From: Candidatus Poriferihabitaceae bacterium
GTDB taxonomy: Bacteria > Pseudomonadota > Gammaproteobacteria > Arenicellales > Poriferihabitantaceae
DNA: 64,000 nucleotides
Direction: 5' to 3'
Assembly: GCA_965249035.1 (NCBI GenBank)
Contig: CBDFKV010000003.1
Span: 66,814 to 130,813, forward strand
The notes under the pieces are model-generated. The model saw nothing but the letters and a program-made list of their open reading frames with translations, had not been told where the DNA came from and searched no databases. Within the stretch, counting starts at the first letter, position 1. Every line of letters starts with the position of its first letter. The translations under genes and the position numbers were made by a program. This document shows, piece after piece, positions 18,268 through 29,228 of this stretch.

Positions 18268-21246
18268 TTACTCATAATAGGGCCCTTGCAGACCGTTGTT
18301 TGCATAAACCGAAAATAGCTCATTTGCAGCTTTGGTCGCATCGCGCGTATAGCGCTCAATCAGCTCTGCACGCCTATCTGCGTCTTTGGTTGCTTCAACC
18401 GCGCCCCAGAATGCGGCTAAATCCTGGCTTAGTGCTCGGATTTTCTTCAGCTGTTCGCCAGAAAGGCTGGCAATATCACGAGTGGTTACCGCGCCAACCC
18501 CATTCACCGTCAATGCGTTACCATTACGATAGCCAGGTGGTAGCTCCCCCACTAAATTGACGACCTTTTTGAACTGTATGACGTTAAAAAGCTGATCCAC
18601 CGCCTGCTTGGCGCCGTCAACTCGAGAAAAATGCTCTGTGTCTGCTGCCACATGCGGGAGCAGCTCCATTTTTTCGCTGTACTTAGGAAAGATATCGAGA
18701 TAAGGCTGAAGTGGGCCGGAGACCTCACCCGATTCGGCATCTTTGAATAAGTCCGCATCAATCGCAGCATAGCTAATTTGGCCAGAGGCTAAAGCGCTAT
18801 CCAGCGATTGGGTACATACTAGTTCGCCGCGGTCATAGTTGACCACAATCGCACCCGGATTCATCACCGATAACACCGTGCTATCGATCAATTTTTCATT
18901 GGCGAAGCACTTGGTATTCGCATCAAGTGGTCCCAAACCAAGATGCGGGCTAATCACGTCTGCACCGGTCGCTGCTTGAATCATCGAATTTGCGTATTCA
19001 AAGCCTTCTGAGAGAATCCACTCCTTGTGCTTCGGCCGGGCAAAAATAACCACATCCATGCCAAAGGCTTTTGCTAGTTTCGCCACTTCCCTACCAATAT
19101 TACCGTAACCGAGAATCGCAATTCTTTTACTCTCAATTTTGGTGGTGGGGTATTCGACCAGGTTTCTACCGGTATCAAAGTCTTTTGCAACAACCCGATT
19201 GTGCATGGCCTCAACCTGCAAATCAGGTAAGACTTTCAACAGTGCTTTGATAGCAGTTTGTGCGGTTGCCCTGGAATTAAAACTGGGTGTATTCATCAGC
19301 GGTGCCGATCCGCCATCGCCATTTCCACCGCCCCAGCTGTTGGCGCCCATATTTCCTGTGCCAGCACCTATGCGGACCCCACCAAACTCAAATTGACAGG
19401 CGGCGGGAATAAAGGTTGCGGCGGCGATAACCGCATCATATTGTGCTGTTTCAGCCTCGCTTAGTAATTCATCAGCGGTACTTAAGGAAGGCAAATAAAA
19501 GAAGTGTATCTTTCCGCTTTCAAGCGTGTTGACATGAGATTGTGAACCAACATGGAAGACACCACCTTTGGCTTCAATATGCGATTTGACCTCACTATAG
19601 TCAGGGTGCCCATCAACATCGAATCGCATGCCGATAAGATCCGTTATCAATACCTTATAAGGGCGGTTTGAATCGTCATGGCGTGCATTATTGAATGAAT
19701 TCTCTTCGGCTTCAAAGTTCACGCCTTGGTTTGCCAGGCTTTCTTCCAGCACGCATAATTTTGCACGCTGGTAGCAATACTCAATATTCTCAAGCAGTGC
19801 TTTGATATCGTCGGGCGGGCGTATGCCACCTATCCAAGCACGATAATCGCCGTCTGTGCCAGGAAAAGCATTCACGTAGCGCGCGACATCAAGTCCTTTT
19901 TCATGCTGGCCATTAGGAAAGGTCAAGCCTTCATAGCCAAGCATTTTCTTGCTCTGAGCAATAATGTGCTCATGCATTTGCGCATCATTAATATCTTCAT
20001 CCGTCACTTTTAACAAGGTAACGGCAGTGCCTCTGGATTCAGGCTTTTTGACCCCCAAAGTAAATAATGGGTTGTCTTCAACCCATTCTGATATGAGCTG
20101 CCTATTGACAATCGAACGCTGATTGAGCACAGCCACACTGCCTATTTTCTTTTCATTATGCAAGATTGAAAAGGTGGTTTCGGCGAACGCCAGGGTGCTG
20201 TAAGTGTTGATAATACCCCCCGTCATTTCACCCTTGATTGGGTCGTAAATCGGGCCAAGCTTGGTTGTAGCAATACTACTCAATGGCCTTTTCATGTCGC
20301 TAGGCACTGCAATCTTAAGCTGACGCGGAATAGCCCAGGATGGCTCTATCATGTTGTCATCGATCATCACCATGGCGGCTTTGGTCATGGAAAATATGAA
20401 ATACCCTGAAATGCCCCCAATGGCCTTTTGAAACGGGGTGAACATGCAACATTTTTTGAGAACGCTCGCGACGACTTCCTCCGGCCACGGCATCGCACCT
20501 AACATCGAGGTGCTGTCAATCACTGCATGATGCTCTTGTGGATCTAAATCAATCCAATCCAGCAGGTTTCTTATCTCTGATTCGGTGTAGGTGGTCGCTC
20601 CGGTGGTTTCATGACCAACACCAAAAAAGAGTTTGACTCCCAATTTCTGCAAGATTTCTGCGGATGGAATATTGCCCTCAGCATCTGCAAAATGCAGTCG
20701 TTCCACATCACCTTTGCTTGAATGCTTGAGCATTTCTATCAACTGAGCACCCCAAGACTGGCGAAAAAAGCCCGATGCCATAGCGGCATCTGATTCAGGT
20801 TTTGGCGTATCGACAAAAATATGCTGCGAAGGCTTATTGGCCGAAATAAGATGCATGGCGGCAACCGTAAATCCACTGTGTCCACCGCCCAATCCAACTG
20901 CTATTTTGGTTTTGTTGCTAAAACCGAAATAGCGCTGTATTTCCCGCATCATGTCCACAAGGACTTTATCCGCAGGGTAACCACGATGCATGCCTCGACC
21001 CAGCTCTGCGGCGGTAAAGTTGCCAATGACGTTACCTTTATCATCCAGTTTTGGATAATTCGCTTCGAGCCAGTTTTCAAACTCGATGCGTAATCTCCGG
21101 GCATCCATCTCGTCGGACGCCATGTCGGTAATAGGGCCAACGCCGAAGAATTGGTTTTGGGTTCTAACGGGGATTCCGCTCGCGGTTCCCTCCAACGCGC
21201 GTTGTCGCGCTGCTTGTAATTCTTCTATGTTCATTTGTTTAGGCAT
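18268..21246 (-). CDS. fusion protein: SerC-like class-V aminotransferase domain + D-isomer 2-hydroxyacid dehydrogenase domain
   Basis: A continuous 992-aa ORF. The N-terminal half has GLGGGHSGF and FQKAIGGISG (compare SerC GGGGRGQF and AQKNIGPAGL). The C-terminal half has the Rossmann motif RIAILGYGNIGREVAKLAKAFG, NYDRGELV, and LLPHVAADTE. Confidence 0.8.
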   Translation of the reverse strand: MPKQMNIEELQAARQRALEGTASGIPVRTQNQFFGVGPITDMASDEMDARRLRIEFENWLEANYPKLDDKGNVIGNFTAAELGRGMHRGYPADKVLVDMMREIQRYFGFSNKTKIAVGLGGGHSGFTVAAMHLISANKPSQHIFVDTPKPESDAAMASGFFRQSWGAQLIEMLKHSSKGDVERLHFADAEGNIPSAEILQKLGVKLFFGVGHETTGATTYTESEIRNLLDWIDLDPQEHHAVIDSTSMLGAMPWPEEVVASVLKKCCMFTPFQKAIGGISGYFIFSMTKAAMVMIDDNMIEPSWAIPRQLKIAVPSDMKRPLSSIATTKLGPIYDPIKGEMTGGIINTYSTLAFAETTFSILHNEKKIGSVAVLNQRSIVNRQLISEWVEDNPLFTLGVKKPESRGTAVTLLKVTDEDINDAQMHEHIIAQSKKMLGYEGLTFPNGQHEKGLDVARYVNAFPGTDGDYRAWIGGIRPPDDIKALLENIEYCYQRAKLCVLEESLANQGVNFEAEENSFNNARHDDSNRPYKVLITDLIGMRFDVDGHPDYSEVKSHIEAKGGVFHVGSQSHVNTLESGKIHFFYLPSLSTADELLSEAETAQYDAVIAAATFIPAACQFEFGGVRIGAGTGNMGANSWGGGNGDGGSAPLMNTPSFNSRATAQTAIKALLKVLPDLQVEAMHNRVVAKDFDTGRNLVEYPTTKIESKRIAILGYGNIGREVAKLAKAFGMDVVIFARPKHKEWILSEGFEYANSMIQAATGADVISPHLGLGPLDANTKCFANEKLIDSTVLSVMNPGAIVVNYDRGELVCTQSLDSALASGQISYAAIDADLFKDAESGEVSGPLQPYLDIFPKYSEKMELLPHVAADTEHFSRVDGAKQAVDQLFNVIQFKKVVNLVGELPPGYRNGNALTVNGVGAVTTRDIASLSGEQLKKIRALSQDLAAFWGAVEATKDADRRAELIERYTRDATKAANELFSVYANNGLQGPYYE

Positions 21247-21451
21247 GTTTGGGTGTGTTCAGACGGGTCTAAGTTAATGTACTTGACATTGTGACTGGGG
21301 ATCAGGGCCACATGCGACCCTTTATGGCCTAACAAAGGCCAGCCATTCTCGCAAAAAACAACCAAAGGAAGACTGCTGCATTAAGTCGTTTCACCCGAAA
21401 ATTCAAGGACATAAAGCAGCCAGACAGTGCTTACAGGTTGCACCCTACAGC

Positions 21452-21485
21452 CCGGGCCTCGAACCCAGAACCACCTGATTAAAAG
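21452..21485 (-). repeat. partial tRNA-Lys copy (anticodon loop to T-arm), 32/34 identical to 23948-23981
   Basis: I aligned the two copies base by base. ccgggCctcgaacccagAaccacctgattaaaag compares with ccgggTctcgaacccagGaccacctgattaaaag in the intact tRNA. Both copies have the same orientation. The flanks (acceptor stem, anticodon stem 5' side) do not match. Confidence 0.75.
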
Positions 21486-21760
21486 AGGTAGCAATTAAAT
21501 CACTTAATACTTATAAACAGTAAGTTAGCACGCTTCCATTTCTGTTTTGTGCCAGAAATAGACAGTAAATAGCAGTATTTTTGTTTTGGATTGACACAAC
21601 ACTGCCACAGCTACTCACGTCAAACCCCAGCAATCGAGCCGTATCAGAGAAGGACTAGAGTATTCGATCTTAGCTGGTGACTCTTAAAACACATCCTCTG
21701 AAATGATCTAGATACAGTCCAATGGCGGCTGGCTACAGCACTTCCCTTGCAGGCGAATAT

Positions 21761-21787
21761 TAGAATATGCAATTAATTGCAATTCTA
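21761..21787. promoter_or_regulatory. inverted repeat (perfect 14-bp core TGCAATTAATTGCA, flanked by TAGAAT/ATTCTA arms) upstream of nirS
   Basis: I read this directly from the sequence. The core spans 21768-21781, and the outer arms at 21761-21766 and 21782-21787 pair with a 1-nt offset. It lies about 120-140 nt upstream of the nirS ATG. The binding factor is unknown. Confidence 0.35.
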
Positions 21788-21882
21788 GCAAATATCCTCT
21801 ATAACCATAATATTCACGTGGATTCATCTAACAAAAAGCTGTGCGTCCATGTTTTTACAGCATAGATCTCAATTTTTGCTAG

Positions 21883-23835
<1,953 letters not shown>

Positions 23836-23870
23836 TTTCTACATCGAGAGGCTAAGTTACAAACTACGTG

Positions 23871-23909
23871 AACCCCGGATGGGTACATCCTTATCTGGGG
23901 TTTGGTTTT
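23871..23909 (+). terminator. candidate intrinsic terminator after nirS
   Basis: A stem accccggat / atctggggt (9 bp with one G-U pair) with a 12-nt loop, followed by the T-rich tail ttggtttt. It begins 36 nt after the nirS stop. Confidence 0.5.
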
Positions 23910-23936
23910 AGAGTAGCTGTAAGTTTTTGATTTAAA

Positions 23937-24012
23937 TGGTGGGGCGTCCGGGTCTCGAACCCAGGACCACCTGATTAAAAGTCAGATGCTCTACCAACTG
24001 AGCTAACGCCCC
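23937..24012 (-). tRNA. tRNA-Lys (anticodon UUU)
   Basis: The reverse complement folds by hand as a cloverleaf: GGGGCGT TA GCTC AGTTGGT AGAGC A TCTGA CTTTTAA TCAGG TGGTC CTGGG TTCGAGA CCCGG ACGCCCC A CCA. It has a 7-bp acceptor stem and an encoded CCA, and it resembles E. coli tRNA-Lys. Confidence 0.93.
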
Positions 24013-24068
24013 CACTGCAGATCAGAGCCAGAACGACTCCTTGAGTGCCCTTAGAAAAAGGGACGCGA

Positions 24069-24097
24069 ATTATCTGGGTTTGCGGGTGGCTTGTCAA
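24069..24097 (-). promoter_or_regulatory. sigma70-type promoter for tRNA-Lys (TTGACA-17 nt-GATAAT, GC-rich discriminator)
   Basis: The minus strand reads cgTTGACAagccacccgcaaacccaGATAATtcgcgtcc. This is a consensus -35, a 17-nt spacer, a near-consensus -10, and a GC-rich discriminator typical of stable-RNA promoters. It lies about 55 nt upstream of the mature tRNA 5' end. Confidence 0.55.
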
Positions 24098-24158
24098 CGT
24101 AGAAGCCTTTGAATTCGGTGAATTATTCTTCCTAGGAATTCTGGCTCCTAACTCCACC

Positions 24159-24998
24159 CTATTTAATCGCTGACCACCGCAAATTATCTCGCCGATGCTG
24201 CACGACAGGCATGCGTTGACGTAATGCGTGCAGCGACGCTAAGTCAATTTCGGCAGTGATAACGCCCTCCTCTGATCGCTTTTCGGCAAGCTTGGTTCCC
24301 CAAGGGTCGGTGATCAACGTTTGGCCCCAGGTCGTGCGCCCACTGGGATGCACACCTTGTTGCCCAGGCGCAACGATATAGCATTGCGTTTCAATCGCAC
24401 GGGCACGGACTAAGACTTCCCAGTGCGCGGCGCCGGTTGGAACAGTAAATGCGGACGGAATGACGATAATCTCCGCACCCAGGTCGCGCAATTGCTGATA
24501 GAGGTAAGCAAAACGCAAGTCGTAACAAATACTGAGGCCAATTTTACCTAGCGGAGTATCGACCACCACCAGCTGATCACCGGCTGCAATCGTATTTGAC
24601 TCTTTGTAGGATTCGGCATCGCTTAGCGCGGCGTCAAACAGATGGATTTTATCGTAGCGCGCGCGCTGCTCACCTTGGTCATCAAAAACCAACATCGTGT
24701 TAGTGCAACGACTGCCATCATCGCACTTCATTCGAAATGAACCACCAATTATCCAAAGCTGCAGCGCTTTCGCTGTTGCCGCTAAAAAGTCTTGGACGGG
24801 GCCGCTTCCAAAATTTTCCGCATAAGCATCCGTTGCATCATCTGCGCCCATCCAAGCAAAGTTTTCAGGCAGCACCGCCACCTTTGAACCAGCAGACTGG
24901 GCTACCCCAAGAAGTTGTGCAGCGGTTTTGAGGTTTTGTTCCAGCTGATCGCTGGAAGTCATTTGGATGGCTGCAATCTGGTTCATTGCCGGTAGCAT
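24159..24998 (-). CDS. carbon-nitrogen hydrolase (nitrilase superfamily) protein
   Basis: A 279-aa ORF with LPENF (catalytic Glu), YDKIHLFD (Lys) and GLSICYDLRF (Cys). Confidence 0.85.
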   Translation of the reverse strand: MLPAMNQIAAIQMTSSDQLEQNLKTAAQLLGVAQSAGSKVAVLPENFAWMGADDATDAYAENFGSGPVQDFLAATAKALQLWIIGGSFRMKCDDGSRCTNTMLVFDDQGEQRARYDKIHLFDAALSDAESYKESNTIAAGDQLVVVDTPLGKIGLSICYDLRFAYLYQQLRDLGAEIIVIPSAFTVPTGAAHWEVLVRARAIETQCYIVAPGQQGVHPSGRTTWGQTLITDPWGTKLAEKRSEEGVITAEIDLASLHALRQRMPVVQHRRDNLRWSAIK

Positions 24999-25023
24999 AG
25001 CACGCTAACGGTGAATCAGAAAA

Positions 25024-25524
25024 TCAGAGGTCGTAGAAAATATGGTTGCCAATTTGGGCAACAATGCGCTGATCCACGCTCCAGGACGGCTTAACTCGGG
25101 TTGCGTGATAATGGGTTGCATCACCTGCCTCAGACCGAGGTGTTCCCCGCATGAACAAGCCTGCAATTCGCAAAGACTCCACCCACGCATCGGCGTCATC
25201 GATCACATGGTATTTCACTTTCAATGACGTCCAACTAAATTGCTTGGCTTGCCAAACCACCTCACAAATGGTCGATGGATACTCATTGCTAATCACACGG
25301 TTTTTTGTAACCGCAGCGACAGCCAATTTACCGCTGGTTTCTTCGCTACGAGCCTCATGATAGATATTCATCGCCAGACAGCCCAGCTCTTCACCCATGA
25401 CCAGTGCAGGCTCATCTTGTGACATCGCGGGGACTACTAGTGTCTGACCCAATAGCAACGCTGCCAATACGCTAATGCGCAAGGCTCGGGATTTGATTAG
25501 CGTTAGTAATGAGTTCGCAAACAT
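25024..25524 (-). CDS. SleB-type cell wall hydrolase domain protein
   Basis: A signal peptide followed by NIYHEARSE...AVAAVTKNRV...ICEVVWQAKQFSW...ATHYHA, characteristic of the Hydrolase_2/SleB family. Confidence 0.75.
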   Translation of the reverse strand: MFANSLLTLIKSRALRISVLAALLLGQTLVVPAMSQDEPALVMGEELGCLAMNIYHEARSEETSGKLAVAAVTKNRVISNEYPSTICEVVWQAKQFSWTSLKVKYHVIDDADAWVESLRIAGLFMRGTPRSEAGDATHYHATRVKPSWSVDQRIVAQIGNHIFYDL

Positions 25525-25640
25525 ATTGATCAGTCTAAAATACTGTACTCTAGAAGCACAAATTTTGAAGGGCCGGCATATTAGCGAATTAGAATATTCA
25601 ATGCAATAGCTCTTTTAGATATTTTTTTGCACTGCAGCAA

Positions 25641-26951
25641 TTAAGCCTCACTGCGGCCGCGAAAGCGGCGATAAGCGAGGCGTGATTTCAGCCCAGCTTG
25701 CATCAGCGGCTCTGGCGGCAAACGAGTGGGTTTATCCAGTCCTAATACATCCGTCAAGCTATCGGATTGCCCGCCCAAGGCATAGTCAACGATCAACCGA
25801 CCAAATAACGAACCCATCGCAACCCCACCCGCGTTATAGCAACCCGCTAGATAGATGCCGTCACTTGTCTGTTCAAAAACCGGTTTAGTATTGCGGCTGA
25901 TGCAGACGCTACCCGACCAGCTATAGTCGATATCGAGACCTTCTAGCGTGGGGAACCGTTTGCGTAACCCTGCAATATTATGCTGCTTGCGCTTTGCCAG
26001 TGCCGCTTCGTTCATTTTTAAACCGGGCCAAGATTCCACCGTATTACGCACCATGATGCGCTGGTCGTCAGTCAATCGAACCGTCGCCCCCATCGGATGC
26101 ACCGATAACGCCCCCCACGGCGCGGGCTTACCGATCGACGTATATTCGGTTTCGGTTAATGGCCGCGTCATACTGGCAGTTAAGGTCAGCGGAAAAACGT
26201 GGTTTTGCTTAAGCCCAAGCGATGGCATCAGAGCATTGACTGCAACGATAACTCGATCAGCCCTTAAAACAGCCTGTGGCAGATACAGCCTAGAAGGCGC
26301 TCCTGGCTCAATACGCGTGACCGCAGTGTTCTCATAGAGCGCAATATTTTCAGGTAAGTGGGCAATCAAGCCATCAATTAGCGCCGCTGGGTTGACCAAC
26401 ACACCGCCATCGGTATGAACCGAATAATGATAAAAGTGCGTGCCCAATCGTTTAGCCAGTGCTTCTGACTCAAGACATTGGTGCTCGATCTCCAGGTCAG
26501 ATAACAAGGCGCTAAATTGTTCCAACTTCTGTCGATTAGCAGGATTGGCGCAGGCATGGAATTTTCCCGATTCATCCCAGTTGCAGTCGATATCGAATTG
26601 TTTAACTTGCTGGCGCAGCCAATCTATCCCGGCCAGATTGAGCTGAAATTTTTTCCGATACTGCGTCAAGTCGGACTGCGTACGTCCACCATCGTTCAAG
26701 GTCGAATCGACGATATAGCCGGAATTACGCGAACTGGCGCCCGCGCCCGCTTGCTCAGCGTCAATCAACACGATTTTGTCATTGGGGCGCAGCTCAGCTA
26801 AGCGATAGGCACTGGCCAAGCCAGTAAACCCAGCGCCGATAATCGCCCAATCTGCCTTGGTATCGTGATTTAAAGCGGGCAAAGGTGAGCGCTTGGGCAA
26901 TATTTCGCGCCAACCGCAGCTTTCGTCATTAATTGGAAATTGAATAGCCAT
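25641..26951 (-). CDS. FAD-dependent oxidoreductase (DAO family)
   Basis: An N-terminal dinucleotide fold DWAIIGAGFTGLASAYRLA. The 436-aa length and C-terminal region resemble gamma-glutamylputrescine oxidase-like enzymes. Confidence 0.75.
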   Translation of the reverse strand: MAIQFPINDESCGWREILPKRSPLPALNHDTKADWAIIGAGFTGLASAYRLAELRPNDKIVLIDAEQAGAGASSRNSGYIVDSTLNDGGRTQSDLTQYRKKFQLNLAGIDWLRQQVKQFDIDCNWDESGKFHACANPANRQKLEQFSALLSDLEIEHQCLESEALAKRLGTHFYHYSVHTDGGVLVNPAALIDGLIAHLPENIALYENTAVTRIEPGAPSRLYLPQAVLRADRVIVAVNALMPSLGLKQNHVFPLTLTASMTRPLTETEYTSIGKPAPWGALSVHPMGATVRLTDDQRIMVRNTVESWPGLKMNEAALAKRKQHNIAGLRKRFPTLEGLDIDYSWSGSVCISRNTKPVFEQTSDGIYLAGCYNAGGVAMGSLFGRLIVDYALGGQSDSLTDVLGLDKPTRLPPEPLMQAGLKSRLAYRRFRGRSEA

Positions 26952-26988
26952 CGAGTGGTTCAGCTTTTAGATAATGGGTGTCACCGCG

Positions 26989-29199
26989 TCAAGCCAATGC
27001 CACTTTACGTAAGCGCAGCGCATTACTGACCACAGTCACTGAACTCAAGCTCATAGCCGCGGCAGCAAATACCGGGCTGAGCAAAGTACCCGTCAGTGGA
27101 TACAGCAAGCCAGCCGCAACCGGAATACCGAGCACGTTGTAAACAAACGCACCGAACAGGTTTTGTTTGATATTGCCGATGGTTGCTTTGGACAGCATCA
27201 AGGTATCTGCCACACCCTCCAAAGAAGCACGCATCAATGCGATATCGGCCGCTTCTATTGCTACGTCTGTACCGGTGCCGATGGCAATTCCGACGTCTGC
27301 CCGCGCCAATGCAGGTGCATCATTGATGCCATCGCCAACCATCGCAACCGTTTTACCTTGCGCCTGTAATTCACGAATGACGGCTTCCTTATCGGCTGGC
27401 AGTACGTTGGCGCGGACTTGATTGATCCCCACCGTAGCCGCAACTGCATTGGCAGTGGCGAGATTATCGCCCGTTAACAGCAGCGTTTGCAGGCCGTGGT
27501 TATGCAGCCGAGCAATCGCATCCTTAGCGTTTTCCCGAACGCTGTCTTTCACCAGAAACAGCCCGGCAAACACTTGATCAATTGCCATAAATACGGGTGT
27601 TGCCGTCGGATCATCTGCCACCAGTTCTGCCGCCGATTCAGGTAATGCAATTTGATGATCACGCATCAAAACATCGTTACCCAACAAGATATTTTCGCCA
27701 TTGACTTGGCCACTAGCCCCCAAGCCTGGGACCGCTAAAAACGCACCCGAATTTGGTAGTAACAGTGATTGTTGTTTAGCCGCTTGGGTGATCGCATCAG
27801 CGATGGGGTGCTCAGAATGGCTTTCAATCGCGGCCGCGATTGTCAGCAAGTCCTCTGCCGATTTATCACCAAATGCATGCGTGGCGCTCAGGCTGGGTGT
27901 GCCTTCGGTAACGGTGCCGGTTTTATCTAGCACCACCACATTAACCTTACTCGCTGTTTGCAAGGCTTCACCATTGCGTATCAAAATACCGTTATCAGCC
28001 GCGCGACCGACCCCGACCATGATCGAAATCGGCGTCGCCAAGCCAAGCGCACAAGGACAAGCAATCACCAGCACCGTCATCGCAGCGACCAGCGCATAAG
28101 CGAGCTTGGGTTCAGGGCCCAGCCAATACCAGAGCACAAAGCTCAGAGTGGCAATGCCCACTACGATAGGAACAAAAACAGCCGCAACTTGATCGACCAA
28201 TCGTCCAATCGCGGGCTTGCTAGACTGCGCGCGGCGCACCAGCTCGACAATCCGTGCTAACGCAGTATCAGCGCCAATTTTGGTTGCCTTCATCAAAAAA
28301 CTGCCTTGCTTGTTGATGGTGCCACCAAAAACAGCCGCTTCTGCGGCTTTAAGCACCGGCATCGGCTCACCGGTCAGCATCGCTTCATCAACGTAAGATT
28401 CACCGTCGATGACACTGCCATCGACTGGAATTCTATCGCCTGGCTTCACTCGAAGCGTTTCATCCAGGCCGACATCCTCAATCGGGACTTCCACTTCAAC
28501 CCCGTTTCGAATGGCCAGTGCCACGCTGGGCTGTAAACCAACTAAGCGCTTGATCGCGGCCGATGTTTTACCGCGCGCACGCGCTTCTAGGGCAGCACCG
28601 AGTGATACTAAGCCAACGATAAATATTGCCGCTTCAAAATACACGTAGCGCGCAATACTGGGTACCGCCTCAGGAAACAACACCACCGCCGTTGAATACA
28701 ACCAGGCGGTGCCAGTGCCGAGCGCAATCAGCGTATCCATATTCCCGCGGCCTGCACGTAGGGACTGATAGGCACCCACAAAAAAGTGTCCACCAACGAA
28801 AACCAGCACCAACAACGTCAATACGCTGATCCCTAACCAAAATCTTTGGTTTTGAGCAAGTGTTGGTAAAAACCCAAGGTGGCTGGCCAACATCAACAGC
28901 GCCCCTAAACCACCTGCAATAATCGCCCGCCACCACAACACTCGCGTGTGCTGCAGCTCGCGCTCGTCTTTGGCGTATTCATCAGCCAAGCTACGCAACT
29001 CAGCGGCTTCAAATCCCGCGGTTTTGACCGCACTAACAATCGCTTCAGTCTTCGCATCACCACTAACATTAGCCGTACGCTCACCCAGATTAACCAGCAC
29101 TTCATTGACACCGGGCACAGCTTGTATTGCCGACTCAACCGCAGTCACACAACCGGCACACATCATGCCACCGATCGAAAAACGCTGTGCTTCACTCAT
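26989..29199 (-). CDS. copA: copper-translocating P1B-type ATPase
   Basis: One HMA domain (GMMCAGC), the CPC motif IACPCALGLATP, the phosphorylation site DKTGTVT, TGD, and GDGINDAP. Confidence 0.92.
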   Translation of the reverse strand: MSEAQRFSIGGMMCAGCVTAVESAIQAVPGVNEVLVNLGERTANVSGDAKTEAIVSAVKTAGFEAAELRSLADEYAKDERELQHTRVLWWRAIIAGGLGALLMLASHLGFLPTLAQNQRFWLGISVLTLLVLVFVGGHFFVGAYQSLRAGRGNMDTLIALGTGTAWLYSTAVVLFPEAVPSIARYVYFEAAIFIVGLVSLGAALEARARGKTSAAIKRLVGLQPSVALAIRNGVEVEVPIEDVGLDETLRVKPGDRIPVDGSVIDGESYVDEAMLTGEPMPVLKAAEAAVFGGTINKQGSFLMKATKIGADTALARIVELVRRAQSSKPAIGRLVDQVAAVFVPIVVGIATLSFVLWYWLGPEPKLAYALVAAMTVLVIACPCALGLATPISIMVGVGRAADNGILIRNGEALQTASKVNVVVLDKTGTVTEGTPSLSATHAFGDKSAEDLLTIAAAIESHSEHPIADAITQAAKQQSLLLPNSGAFLAVPGLGASGQVNGENILLGNDVLMRDHQIALPESAAELVADDPTATPVFMAIDQVFAGLFLVKDSVRENAKDAIARLHNHGLQTLLLTGDNLATANAVAATVGINQVRANVLPADKEAVIRELQAQGKTVAMVGDGINDAPALARADVGIAIGTGTDVAIEAADIALMRASLEGVADTLMLSKATIGNIKQNLFGAFVYNVLGIPVAAGLLYPLTGTLLSPVFAAAAMSLSSVTVVSNALRLRKVALA

Positions 29200-29228
29200 A
29201 CTAGGCTCATCCTACGCTAGTCGTGCAG

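Noticed and set aside
23975-24157. A 60-aa minus-strand ORF overlapping the tRNA-Lys gene and its promoter.
   Set aside because: It overlaps a well-supported tRNA and leader, so it is an artefact of ORF calling.
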